Assembly (NCBI GenBank): GCA_050613775.1 | Contig: JBODTK010000016.1 | Location: forward strand, 496,001-560,000 | Length of the DNA stretch: 64,000 bases | Direction of reading: 5' to 3' | Source: Neocallimastix sp. 'constans' | Taxonomy: Eukaryota | Part shown: positions 27,471-43,208 of the stretch, one piece after another | How the letters are laid out: the number at the start of each line of letters is the position of its first letter | Numbering within the stretch: position 1 is the first letter of the stretch | Made by a program: the position numbers and the translations under genes | Notes under the pieces: model-generated | Seen by the model: the letters and a program-made list of their open reading frames with translations, nothing else | Told to the model about the DNA's origin: nothing | Database searches by the model: none

Positions 27471-29317
27471 TTTAATTTGAAATATTTATAAGGTTTATAT
27501 AATTTCTATCAAAATACCTTTTTTCTTTTAATTAAAAAAAAAATATATATAAACTCTATTATAAAAAATATATATATAAATTATTATTATATTTGAAATT
27601 TATTTATTCTTAAACCTAGATAATATTAATCAATGTTTTTTTTTTTTTTTGTTAAATATATTATATTAATAAATTTTATTTTTAAAAGTTTCTTTTTATT
27701 AATATTATTATTTTTAAATTATCATATTTCTATCTATATTTATTATATGTATTACATATTAAATACAAATTTTATAATTTCTTATTTTCCCATACATTCA
27801 AAATATATATATATATATAATCATTATCAAATTTTAACACGTATAAAAAAAATATTGTTTCACTTTATTTTTTTTTTTTTTTTAACTTTCATTATTAATA
27901 TTTTTTTTTGTTTGTTTGTTTGTCTACCTTTTTTTTTTTTTATTAATAAATTAAATTATAAATAAAACAGTTTATTTATTTATTAAATGTTTGATTTTAT
28001 TTTTTTTATTTATTGTTTGTTGTACCTAAATAATACTATTTTTATTTTCCCTTTTAAAAAAGGGATGACTTGTCTATTATATTAATTAGTCTAAAATTTT
28101 TTTTTATTACTATTTTTTATTATTTTTAATGATTTATTATTATTTTTAAATTATAATTGATCTTGGATATCAATTAAAAATAAAGTTATTCATTTATTGA
28201 TCAGTAATATATATTACAATTGAATGGCTTCGTATATTAATTTAATTGGTATTTTTCAAATGTTTCCATTTATTTATAAATAATAATAATAATTTGGATT
28301 ACTTTTCAAAATAATCAAAAGTAACAAATTAATTAAAAATTAAAAATGATAATATTAATTTTAATAATAATTTTATTTTAAATATATTATTAATTTAATT
28401 AAAATGATGATAAAGTTTATTTATTATTATTATTTTTTAAATGATTAAATTTAATATATTTAATTTTTTTTTAAAAAAACTTTTTTTTTTTTGTTTTTTT
28501 TTTAAATAACTATTTTTATATTAAGGTTTTAATTTTTTATTTATTTCAAAGTGGACTTTTAAATCTCTTTTCTTAGTATTTCTCTAATTATTTATATATT
28601 TAAATAAAAAAAAATATATCATTAAATAAATATTTTTTTAATAAAAAAATAATTATATTATCAATTCATTATTACAAAAAAAAAAAGACTTTATTCCACA
28701 AATTTACATCGGACATTTAAAGATACCATGATATAATAGAAATATAATAAAAATAGTAATAATAATTAATAAAAATAGAAATAATAAATATAGAATTATT
28801 ATTATGATGATGATTAATTTATTTAATAAATTATAATTTATTTTTAAAAAAAAAAATAAAAAAAAATAATGAATTAAATTAAAATACAGATATATTATAA
28901 GCATGCAATTAAAATTTATTATACTATTTTATACTATTTTTATTAGTCATTGGATAAAAATATTTTATTTTAGTAATGATTTTAATTTCAGTAAAAAAAA
29001 AATAAAGTATTTATAATCAATATATTTATTTCACATATATTAATTCTATATTTTAATTAAATAGGTAAAAAAAAAAAGTAATAATAAAAGTATTAAAATA
29101 TTATATATAATTATACATATAAAAGATTCCATAGTAAGTTTATTTCTATTTCTATATAAAATATAATTATTATTATCTAATATAAATTGATATATTTCAT
29201 AATAATAATAATAACAATAAGTAACAATGAATGCATAACAATATTCAAATATAAAATATTCCTAATATATAATAGATAATAATAATAATAATTGTTAACT
29301 TTTATAAAAATTAAATG

Positions 29318-29352
<35 letters not shown>

Positions 29353-30469
29353 TAGTATTTTCCTTAGTATTATTAAATTCTTTGAAAATAACAATAAAAT
29401 ATGAAATTTATATAAAATCAATAGTCAAAAATTAAAAATTAAAAATTAATAAAAAAAAAAAAAAAGTTTAAAGGTAACTTTTAAATATTAACTTATTTTT
29501 TATTTTTAAATTTTTTTTTTTTTTGCTTTTAAAGAATTTAAAGAAAAAAAATATAATTTTTTTTTTTTATTTTTATGTTTTTATATAAAGATTATTGCTT
29601 CTTTTTTTTTTTTTGTTGTTGTTGTTGTTTTATCACCAATTACTTCTCATCTTTATAATCTTTTTTCTTTACAAATAAAAAAATTTTTTTTTTGTGGATT
29701 ACTTTTAAAATTTATTGAATATAAATTTAAATCTTTAGTAAAAAAATTTGGATTATTTCAATTATTCATAAATTAATCCAATTATTTGGTTTATTTTGGA
29801 TTATTAATATTGATTATTCTTTGTTGTTTTATTTTTTTTTTTTTTTTTTTTTTAATAAAAATAGAATAGGTCAGATGATCTATTCTGATTTTTCATAAAT
29901 CTATTAATTTTAATTAATAAAAAAACATTAAACATTAGCATAATTAGTATCATTAATATTATTAGTAGTAGTAATAGTACTTATTTTAGTGTAAAAAAAA
30001 TATTGGATAAAATTTTATATTTTTAATAAGTAATAACAAATATTAATAATAATATATATATATATAAAAAGGAATAAGGAAAAAAAAAAAGCAATTTAAT
30101 ATTATAACCTTAATTTAATGTATTGATATAATTAATTCCGTTATATTATTGTCTGTTTTGTTTTATGTATATATATTTACAACAAAATTGTCCAAAATTT
30201 TATCACTTATTATTTATGTATTTATGTAACTATTTTTATTTCATATTTATATTATTTTATATCTTTATTTTTTTTTTCTAATCATAGGAAGTACTTTGTT
30301 ATATCTTTAAATAAATAATATTAAAAAAAAAAAATTAAAATAGAAAATATAATACTGTAATCCTTATAATATTAACTTCATAGAATATTTCTCATAATAA
30401 CAGAAAATTATATATAAATTTAACTACTATATTTATAATTCAAAAATATCTTTATTTCAATGTTTTATC

Positions 30470-30755
30470 TATTTATTATTTATTATTTATTATTTATTAT
30501 TTATTATTTATTATTTATTATTTATAATTTATTATTTATTATTTATTATTTATTATTTATTATACATTATTTATTATTATTATTTATTTATTATTTATAA
30601 TTTATTATTTATTATTTATTATTTATTATTTATTATTATTTATTTATTATTTATTATTTATTATTATTTATTATTTATTATTTATTATTTATTTATTATT
30701 TATTATTTATTATTTATTTATTATTTATTATTATTTATTATTATTTATTATTTAT
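30470..30755. repeat. (TTATTTA)n simple repeat
   Basis: Read directly. Confidence 0.9.
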
Positions 30756-33700
30756 TAATAAAAGTTTAATTCTAATAATTTAAGTATATATATAAAAATA
30801 ATATATTTTACTGTATATCAATTTAATTTATATTGTTTATACTTTTTTATTTTCATTGATTTATGTATACCTCTAATATTATAATAAATTGAATTATGCT
30901 TTTTTAGTTTTTTATTATATTGAAATATAAAATATTAAATTTAACAGTAAATAAATAATATATTAATTAAATATTAAATTTTATTTTTAATAGTATCATG
31001 AAGAAAGTTGTTTTAGCCATTTCATTAAATGCATAATAATAAAATTATGCCATTTAAGTGTATACTATTATTTATTTTTATTTAATTAATTTTAAAAACA
31101 AACTTTAATTTGTATAAAAACTTAAAAATCTATCTTTATGATATATATTAATTATTTTATTATTATTTTATTATTTTAATTCATTAAATATATAAATAAT
31201 AATAATTAATAGTAATGACACCTCATTAAATATCTACAAATATATTATCTAAAAAAAAAAAAAAATAAAAAAAAAAGGTTTTTTTTTTTTGTATTATTAT
31301 TTTTATTTCGGTTAAAAATTTAAATTTAAATGAAAATTCTAACAATTTTTTTTAAGGAGTTTTAAGGAGAGCAAATTTTGATGTGTCTGAAACATAAAAC
31401 CTTTTCATAATATTATTAAAAAAAAAAAAAAGATTAACAAAAGTAAAAAAAAAAAATATGGTATACAATATCTATAATGCACACCCACAAAAAAAATAAT
31501 TTGTATTAATTTCCACCAACATAAAATAATAGGATAATTACTAAAAAAAATTTAAAATAAAAATTTAAAATAAAAATAAAAATTAAAAATTAATAAATAA
31601 ACATAAAAAAAAATTATAAAAAATATATATTTATTATATTTGGATATAAACCAATAATCAATTGATCTACAATTCATTACTCTTCCACTAAACTACCCAT
31701 GGTGATTTTTCAAAATTTTATTAAAATTACTTTATTATAATTGTTTTTTATTATTATTATTATTATTTTATTTTATCTTTTTTATTTTATTTTATTTTAT
31801 TTTATCTTTTTTTCATTCATAAAATCATTAAAAATTTTTTTTACCATAGATAAATTATAAAAAAAAAATTATTCATTAAGAAAATATTTCAATTTTTATT
31901 TTTTTTATTTCTTTTGATTTTTTATTTTTTATAGTACTTATAACATAATTAATTAATAAATTAAAAAAAAAATGACTTTTTAAAGTTATTTAAATTTACC
32001 TCCAAGAATATAAATAAATATATAAATTATAATTATTACTATTTAGTTTTAGTTTAATTAAAAAAGAATAAAGAAAAAAAAATAACAATGAAAAATAAAT
32101 TTAATATGAACATTAATAAATCATTTAATAAGATAAAATAAAATAAAATAAAAAATAAAAAAATCACATATCTACCTATTTTTTTTTTTTAATTAAAAAA
32201 TCTTTTTATTATTATCATTATTATTTTTTAATAAAAGTTAGTCATTTCTTTTATTTTTTTTTTATTTCATAATTATTTTTTTTAAAAAAATTTTTAAATA
32301 TTTTTAGTACCTTAATTAAAGCAAATAGTTTGAATATTTCTTTTATTATCATTATTATTATTATTATCATTGATAGTAGAAAAAATGAAATATAGATAGA
32401 TAATTTTTTTTCTGCATTTCATTACTATTTTTTATTAAGTATTAATGTCTTTTTTTTTCATTTTCATAACATTTGAACTTTTTATATTTTATTGCAAATT
32501 ATTCCATGAATAAATTTATACAATGATAAATAAATAAATGGCTAAAATATATAATAAATGAATAATAAATGAATAAATAAATACATAAAATGTTTTTCTT
32601 TTACTTTTTCTTTTTTTTTAAAAGAAATAATAATAATCAATTTTTTATATTTTATTCTTTTCTCTAAGTATTAATTTATTTTTTATGTATTTTTTTATGT
32701 ATTTTTTATGTATTTTTTATGTATTTTATTTTTAATTTTTTAATTTTTTAATTTTTCAAATTTGAATTTGTTTTATAATTTAATTTATTAAAAATTTAAT
32801 TTATTTTTAGTGTTGTACAACATTAATTAAAATCAAATTTCTCTATTTATTATAATATATAATACATTGTAATGGCTTTTAAATAGATCTAATTTATATA
32901 ATATATGGTCATATATATTGGAGTCATTTCTTTAGAATTAATCCATTAATAAGAAAAAAAAGTTGATTTTAATTAAAAGATTTTTATTTTTTTTTTTTTT
33001 TGTTAAATTTATATATTATAAAGATATTTACGCTATTTACCTAAAACATAAATAATAATAATAATAACATATTTTAAATATTTATATTAAATCTTATTTT
33101 TGTTGGAATTTCAAATTATTATATAACAAATAACTTTTTTAATTTTCATATATTGTATTAATTTAAGTAGATATTTCTTTTTATTGTTCAAATTTTGATT
33201 ATTTTAAATACTATTTAATTTTAAACTGATTTGAATTCTTAAAAAAGAAAAAAAATATTATTATTATTAAAAAAAAAATGATTATTATTATTATTAAAAA
33301 AAAATTAATAATTATTATTATTTATAACTATTTTATTTAAGAACAAAAAAGAATTAAATAAAACTCAATTTTATTTTTTAATTAAACAAAATATTAAAAA
33401 AAAAAAAAAAAAAAGTTAAATATTATAATTAAATATAAATATCTATTTTTTATAATTACTCTTTTTTTTATTATTAAAAGTCTAAATAATAAATATGACA
33501 TTAAAATATATTTATTTTATATCTTTTTCTTTAAAATAAAATATATATATTTACAATATTAAATATTAGTTTTATCAATTAATTAGGATTAAAATAAATA
33601 AATATTTCTCAAAAGCAAAAAAATATTTAAATATATTAATATTATACATATAATTTTGTTTAATAAATGTATAGATATATTTATTCTATACAGCAAATGT

Positions 33701-33877
33701 AATTTGAAAATTTTATATTTTGTATAGAATTTAAAAACAAATTAACTAAATAAAATCAAATCTAAAATGTATTTTCATTTTAGATAAAAATATAATAAAT
33801 AACATTGATAATAATATAAATAAATTTATAAATTTAAATAAACTTAAAATAGTTCCATTAAACTAATATCTGATATG

Positions 33878-33911
<34 letters not shown>

Positions 33912-36900
33912 GGTAGTATTTAAATTAAAATTCAAATCTTTATCTATATTTTTTTAATATATTTATTTAATTTAGTTTTTCATAACTATTATTATATACC
34001 TTTTTTTTTTAAAAAAAAGAATAAAAATAAAAAAGTTAACCTTTTATATACCTTTCATTATAATTAATATTATTCTTTATATATATATATTTATTTTTTT
34101 TACTTTTATATCATAAAATATATGTTATAAATATATAAAAAAATAAAATAAAATAATTCAAAATTTTATATAATTTAAATTAAATATTATAATTTTTATC
34201 TGCCACTAAACTAACGTAATGTAATTTATGTATCAAAAATTGTTATACTGCCTAAAATTATATCTATATAAAATTTAACTGTTATTTATTTCTTTATTGC
34301 ATGGTATTTTAAAATATATATATATATGCACATATTTTTATTTCTTTTTTTTTTCTGTATTCTTTTTTTTTTTTCTATTAAAAAATCAAAAAAAAAATGA
34401 TTATATTAAAAATACATATAAATAAATCTTAAAAAAATTTTTTTTATAAATTCATCAGTCTTTTAATTATATATATAATAAAATAGGAAATTAAACAAAA
34501 ATAAAAAAAAAATTTTAAAAAAATTTTTTTTTTTCTTTTTTTCTACATTATCTTTACTACATATTCTACATTGATATACATAACATTTTAACTATTTTTG
34601 TCATAATTACCAGTAGTGACTGACCGTTTTCTATAAATAAAATATATTATAATTTTATTTTTTATTTTATTTTATTTTATTTTATTTATATTAATATTTG
34701 ATATTATTATTAAATTCTATATATTATATAGTATTGTAAGTAATCAAAATCAATTTGAATTTCTATTTAAATTATTTTAAGATTTAAAAAAAAATCTAAT
34801 ACCAATATATTAATAAATTAAAAATTTATGGTCATGGTTACACCTATTCTATATATCATATGTGGTTCATTAAAATAATTAATCTTAAATACTTTATTTG
34901 ATTTTATTAAATTTTGACATTTTTTTTTTTTTAATTTTTAATTACTGATTTTAACATTTTTTTTAATATAAAATAGCATATATTAAGACTTTAAAGGCAC
35001 CATATATTAATATTAAATTATTTACCATGGCTTTGTCATTAGCCATTACAAAAAAAAAAAAAAAAAAACAATGGAGATAATTATTATAAAAATAAAAATA
35101 AAACCTATTTCAGAAAGATGGATAATAATATAATTAATAATAATTAATAATTAATAATAAAATAATAAAATTTCAGCTATTAAATATAAATAAAAATATT
35201 AATACAATAATATATAACAATATAAATAAATAAAATTAAAAAAAAATTTAAATAATTAATAATAATTAGATAGAAGATATTACAAATAAAATATTATTTA
35301 AAAAAAAAAAAAAAAAAAAGTAATAAGTAAAAACTTGTTATTTTTTTATTTATTATTTTTTTATTATTGTTACTATTGCTATTACTATTATCTATTACAA
35401 TTACTATTACTATTACAATTAATATTATTGTTGGTATTATATCAATTATTACTATTTAAATAATATTAAAATATTCAAGTAATTAAATATATAAATATAT
35501 ATTATAATACTATTTATCTATTCATACAAATTAGCCAATAATATATGCTTAATTTTAAAAAATTTGTTGAAATTATAATTTATTCAAATAAATTTTAATT
35601 TAAATAGATTATACATAAAATATATTATATTAAAAATAATAAACAATTATACTTTTTTTTTTCTCAAATATCATTTAATTGCTTTAACTTAAAATATATT
35701 TTTTTTTATGTTATTGATATGATTTATGTATTCTTCATGATTTTAATTATCATTATAATAGTCATAATAGTCTTAATTAAAAGTTTTTTTTTTTCATTTT
35801 TTTTTTTAACTTTCAAAAATAACAATAAAAGTTTTCTAACTGTCATTAACTATATATATTATTTATTGCATGTTGATGTTAATATTTTTTGTTATAATAA
35901 TATTTATATAGATTTAAAAAATATTTTAAAAATGTGAATATATTATTCATATTTATATCTATATTTTTTTATTTCTATATTAATTATTATTATTATTACT
36001 ATTATTATTAATTATAATTATCAGTTTTATTATTACAATTAATTATAATTATTACTATTATTATTACAACTAATTATAAATATTATTATTATTATAAAAT
36101 TATTATTATTATGAAATTATTTCTTATTAGTTTTTTTCTATTTTAATTAATTAGAGTATTATTATCATTATTGTTGCTTAATAATCTTTTTGAATATTAA
36201 TAATATATTAAGCCTTTACATTTTTTATATGATATGATTTATTTCTTCATTAGATATCATATATTTATTAATTTTAATTAAAACGATTATCATTATTTAA
36301 ATAAAAATGGAATAATTTACAATAGTAATTATTAATAAACAAAAAAAAAAAAAAGAAAAAGAAAATTAAATGGAATAATTATTTAGTATTATGAAATAAT
36401 ACTATTATTAATTATACTTGTTTATATATATATATATATATAATTTATAATTTTATTTTTTGTTTTTTTTGTTTTGGTTTGAATATTTTTTATTTCCTTT
36501 GTTTATTTTGTTGTTATTGTCGTTGTTGTAAATGTTGTAAATATAAATAAAATAAGAAAAAAATTATTATAAAATATTACTAATTTTAAAGGTAAAAAAA
36601 GATGTGTTATATTATTTTTATTTTATTAATGAATAAATGGTAAATATTTTATAAATTTTATAATCAGTTTTCCTTTTTTAATATTTTATAACTAATAATA
36701 ATAATTATAATAATCAATTATATATTTATATAAATTAAATAGTTTTTTTTTTTTTTATACAAAAAGAAATTAAAATCTTATGGAGAAAAAAAAATTAATT
36801 ATTAAAATGAATTTCTTTTTTTTTTTTTTTTAATTTATTTTGTTATTTTTTCTAAACTTTTTTCTTTATAAAGGTTAAATATAGAAAAATTAAATTTTTT

Positions 36901-37076
36901 TTTTTTACATTTGAAAATTTTTTTATTATATTAATTTTCTTATGAATAATTTGTGTCTCAATGCAAATTGTAAATTGTATATAAAACTTAAAATATATAT
37001 ATAATGATATAAATATTGATATTTAATAAATCAAAATATTTATAATTTTTTTTAAATTATATATCCTATAAAATAT

Positions 37077-37240
37077 ATATAATATTTATGTATTTATAAT
37101 ATAAATTATTTATCAAATAGATATAATATTTATGTATTTATAATATAAATTATTTATCAAATAGATATAATATTTATGTATTTACAATATAAATTATTTA
37201 TCAAATATATATAATATTTATGTATTTATAATATAAATTA
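37077..37240 (+). repeat. 44-bp tandem repeat, about 3.7 copies
   Basis: Unit atataatatttatgtatttataatataaattatttatcaaatag at 37077, 37121, 37165 and 37209 (last copy partial). Confidence 0.9.
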
Positions 37241-37370
37241 TATATATAATATTTATATAAAATATATATTATATGAAAATATTTATAAAACTCACAAAAT
37301 AATAAATAGATAAATGTTTTTCTATTTTTATTATTATAAAATAGCAATAAAAGTAGAATAATCATACATA

Positions 37371-37424
37371 ATAAAATTGATATATCTATATTACTTTGTA
37401 TTAATATAGATATATCAATTTTAT
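37371..37424. repeat. Perfect 23-bp inverted repeat with an 8-nt loop
   Basis: ataaaattgatatatctatatta ctttgtat taatatagatatatcaattttat. Confidence 0.85.
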
Positions 37425-39046
37425 TAAGATACTATTTATCTATTATTCTATCATAAAAAAAATGTTTTGAAAAAAATTATTACATATTTATTCTTATTTA
37501 TTTTATATATATATATATATTTTTTTCCAAAATAAAATAATAATGTAAAACATTAATATTTTTTTTTTTTTTTTTTTGATTATATACAAATTTAAAATGA
37601 TATATTTTTTTTATAAAAATAGTAAATTAAATTCCTAATAAAAAAATAATAATGATGATGAGGATGATTCTAACTATAAATAATATTCAAATAAAAATTT
37701 TTATGATAGAATTTTGGAATGGAATCTAAGGCTAAATTTAACATAGCATGTGTATTTATGTTTGTTTGTTTGTTTTTTCTTAGTTACATGAAAATATTCT
37801 ATAAATTTTTTTGATTTTTCGATTTTTTCTTTTATTAAATAAAAAAAAACCCTATAAAAAAAATTATATATATATTTCATTATCAATATTTAATATAATT
37901 TAAAAAAAATAATAAAAAAAAAAAAAATAACGAAAAATCTATGAACTAAAAATATATATATATATATATAATAATATAAAATAAAAAGATATAATAAAAG
38001 ATGAAAAAATTAAAATTTAAAAATTAACGATAATTAAAAATAATAATTAAAAATAATAATAATAATGTTATTAAAAAAAAAAAAAAAAAAAAAAGGAAAA
38101 AGGAAAAATCAAATAATAAATTAAAAGGAAATATATTTAAAAAATAGAATATTTCTATAACTCTACACGATAACTATTTGTAAAAAATATATGTATATAT
38201 ACAGTATAGATAATAATTATATCAATAATTTTTTTTTTTTTTTAATTTTACTCTTAAAATCTTTGATATTATTATAATTAATTATTTTAAAGAATAAAAA
38301 ATAATTCATAAACTTTATATTTTATTTGATCTTTTTAATTTTTTATATTTATTTATTTAGATATATTTTTTTTTTATTATTAAAAAAGAAATAATAATAA
38401 AATAAATACAATTAAATAATTAAAAAAAAAATCTAAAATAGTAAATATATATATATTTATTATTGTTAATAAAATGTGATATTTATAATAACACCCCATT
38501 TTGAATATTAGAAAAAAAAGAAAAAAAAGAAAAAAAAAGAAAAAGTAAATCTATTGTTATACATAAATATAACTTATTTTTCAAATAAAAAAAAAATATC
38601 AATAGAAATAAATCAGCCCTAAATTCTAAATTCTATAATATTTCATATATTTTATTATAAATAATCATATTCTGTTAAAACTATCAATAGAATATTGTTT
38701 TGATAGATTGATATATGTTTAAATTTTTTATTTAAATTTTTATTTATAATTATTATTTATTATTTTTTTATTATTATTCTTTTTGATTTAGTATTATTCA
38801 ATGTAAAATTTTAATTAAATAATAATAATAATAATAATAATAGAAGAAAAAAAATAAAAAAAATTAAAAAATTATAGGGTCTATTTTTTTTTTTATCTTA
38901 AATTTTATTCATATAGAAAAGTCATTCACATTCTCACATTTGTGAGTGACTTTATATAATAATACTAATAATAATAAATAATAAAAATAATAATTAAAAA
39001 TAAAATAACTATTTTATGTACAGAAATAAAGTAAATAATTAAAAAA

Positions 39047-39078
<32 letters not shown>

Positions 39079-40588
39079 TTTAAAAAGTCTACTGCCATAG
39101 ACTTAAAAAAAAAAAAAAAATTTAAATTAAAATTAAAATGATTTAGTATATATTATTCATTATATCGTAATTTATTATTAACATAATATATAATGTATTC
39201 ATAATATAATTAATAATTATAATTAATATAAATCTTTACTATAAAATTAGAAAAATAGAAAAGGGTTAATTTTTTTTTATTATATTATAATAAAAAATAC
39301 TCTTATAAAATTAGAAAAATAGAAAAAGATTAATTTTTTTTAATTATATTATAATAAAAATAAGAAATAACCGACTTTCTTAATTTTTTTTCTTATAATA
39401 AAATTCTAGAAAGTAAATTTCTTATTCACCTTTATTTTTATTATTTAATTTGTTTTATAGTTATTTTCAGTGAAATATAAAAAAAAAAAAGAAATAAATA
39501 ATAATAATAAATAAATAATTAAAAAATTAAAATTAAAAATTAGTACAATATAAAAAAAAATAAACTATTTTTATTTAGATGATTAATATTTTAACCTTTT
39601 GAAAAGCCATCTTTTTTTGGAATTAAATTTATGGGTTAGATTATATTTGGTGATTCATTCATTTTTACTTTTAAAAAAAAAAAAAGGTTTTTATTTTGAA
39701 AGAAAATTAAAAAGTAATAATAATAATAATAATAATAGTAATAATTCTTTTAAACTATTTTTTTTAAAAAAAAATAATTCTGTTTAAACTATTTTTTAAA
39801 ATATGAATATAATTGTATTATTATATTAAAATAAGTTATATAGTTCATGGATATATTAAAAAATTAAGTCTTTTTAAAGAAATAAATTTATGTGATATTT
39901 CAAAATAAGCTCTCTTTAAAATAAATAGAATTTATTTAGCCTTTTTTTTTTTTATTCTATTAATTTAATTTTTTTTTTAATTAAAAATAAAATAAACTAT
40001 TCACTCAAAAAAAGTAAATCATTAAAATAATAAGAGATATTAATTTAAATTGTTTATTTGAAAAAAAAAATAATAATATAAAATAAATATAATCAAAGAT
40101 TTATGAATATTCAAACTCATTTCGCTAAATAAGTTTTAAAATATAGTTTGGAAATAAAGTTTTTTATTATTATTTTTTTTTAATGTTTTTATTATTATGA
40201 TTTTTTTTAAAGTTTTTTTTATTATTTTAATTAAAGTTTTTTTTTTATTATTTTAAATAATTTTAATCATTCTATGTATTTAGATTTTTTTTTAAATTAG
40301 TTTCATATAAAATATAAAAATATTTATAACTAGTGACATGTTTATATTCATATAAATGGGAATATTAATATTAATTAGTGTCATTAGGTTCATTTTGAAA
40401 AGTAATGATCTTAACAAAGTAAATAATAAAAAAAAATCTATTTATTTAATTATTTTTATTAAATTTAATAATTAAGAATGTTTTTTTTTTTTTTGTTCTT
40501 TTCTTCCTTAAATAATTATCATTTATATGAACAAAATTATTTATAATAGAATAATAATAAATAATTATAATAATAAATAATAGTAATG

Positions 40589-40620
<32 letters not shown>

Positions 40621-41697
40621 TTAATAATTATAGATATAAAAAATTTAAATAATAAAATAAATAATAAATAAAAACTATATTATATAAATAAAAAATATTA
40701 ATGTTTTAATTAAAATAATAAATAAATTCTAAAATAAAATAGATGAATATGAAAATTAGAATTAATTAAATCAAAATAGAATTAATCGAATTTAATTATT
40801 ATATTGATTTTAAAATAAATATATTAAGTATGTAGTATATAAAGTAATATAATCTGAATTACCAACTTCTGATACTTTAATAATTTTATTATTATTAGGG
40901 TTGAATGGTTCTAATTTAATTTTATTAATATATAAATTTATTATTCTACTAATTTAATGAATATATATATTATTTATAGTTAAAAAAAAAAAAAATACCT
41001 TTATTTATATTTATTAAAAGTTTCCATTTTTAGTTGTATGCTGTTGGTAGATTGTCATATATTATTCTTTATGATAGTTTATGTTACACATTTTAGATTA
41101 TGTAGTTTTTTTTTTTATATTTAATTTATTAATTTATATTAAATTTATAATATATTGGTATTAAACTATTTTTAATTTTAATTTTAATTTTAATTTTTTT
41201 TAGATATTACCGAAATCTATTATTTGGAAGAAAATATATTAAATAATATATAATCAGTGTAATGGCTTTTAAATTGAAATAATTAAAATATATTTTAGTT
41301 ACAATACAATTTATTAAATATATTTAATATATTAAATAAAAAAGGTTTACTGGTAAAAGTGATTCATTCCATATTTTTATTTTATATTTTATCTTTAGAT
41401 ACATAATACATCCAATATATTTAAATAAATTTATAATTTATTATTTTATAATAATAATTATAAAAAAAAAAAAGAAAATAAAAAGATAATAAAAATAAAA
41501 ATAATAAAAAAAGCTATGGTACAAATAATAAGATAGAATAAAAAATATTACCAAGCAAAAAAAAAAAAAAATAAAATAAAAAAAAAATAGTAATAAAATT
41601 TATTTTTTTTTTTTGATAAATTAAAAGAATAATTAGAATATAATATTCAAATAAAAAAAAATTTTTTTTTCATTTTTTTAATAATTTTATAAATTTA

Positions 41698-41739
<42 letters not shown>

Positions 41740-43148
41740 TAAAAGTTGAACCATAATCTATTGATAAACCTATTATATTTTGACAATTAAATTCATATTT
41801 TGATTTTTAAATAGTTCTTGATAGATTATTAGATAAAATCGTTTAAAGAAAAAAAAAAAAAAAAAAGGTAATAAAAGAATTAAAAGAAGATGATTTGTAT
41901 TATTTCTTTCTTTTATTATTATTAGCAAATTCTATTGATTTTATATACAATTTTTTTTCACATTTCTTTTTTATTATAAAGTATATTATTATTATTTTTA
42001 ATATGATCTACCGTTCTTTTAATTAATTGGTTCTCTAAATATTAAAGCTAAAAAAATATTTAAAAATAATATTTATATTAAGGGATTGATTATTATTACT
42101 ATTTTTATTTAATTAGTGCTAATTTATATTAATTTTTGATAATTTTAAAATGGATGAAAAATTAAGAAGCACAAAAAATAGAGTTTAAGGGTCTTATATA
42201 GTTTATATTTTATATATTTATATATATATTTTTTATTTTTTTGTTTTGGATATTATTTGAAATTTGAGAGTTATATATTATAATAAATAAATAAATAAAT
42301 AAATAAATATTAATAAATAAATAAATATTAATAAATAAATAAATAAATAAAAAATAAACAATAACCTTAATAGAAAGTGAAAAATTGGACTAGATAACTA
42401 TTTATTTTATGATGGGATTACTATTAATGTTTTTTTGTTGGCTTTTTTAATACAGAAAGATAGAATGATAAATAATGCTTTATTAATTAAATATTATTTT
42501 TATTTTTATTTAAATAAAACATATTCAGATATAAATATAGGAAATAGTATTAATGAATAATGAAAAAAACTCGACATTTTTTCAAAAATATATATATAAA
42601 TATACATCTATATATATATTTTTTTTTGGTTACAATTAACTCCTGTTTCATTATGAAATATTTTTAATTATAAAATATTAAATTAATAGATAAAATGAAT
42701 AAGTAATTAAATAAACTTTTAATAATTTGATTTTTATTATATGTAATAAAAATTTTTTTTAGTATGTTCTAGGTAAAAATTATTATTATTATTTTTTTAT
42801 AATCCCTTTTTTTTTTGTTATTAGTTTTAAGGTTATAAAATTAATTTTTTTTTTTATTATGGCAATTCATTTTCTCAAAAAAAAAAAATTTTTTTTACTA
42901 CATTTTAGTATCATAAATTATTATTATTATATTGTTATTATTTTTTTGGATTATAATTATAAAATTTAAAAAACAGAACAATGAAGAAAATTAAAAAAAT
43001 TTAGAATTTAATTATTTGCAATAAACCTATTTTTTATATTAAATCTATTTATATATAAATTTATTTAATTACTTTTTTATATTAAAATTGAAGTTTTATT
43101 TATAAGTATAATTTAATATTTAATAAAGTTTATATTTTAAAATTATAA

Positions 43149-43208
<60 letters not shown>

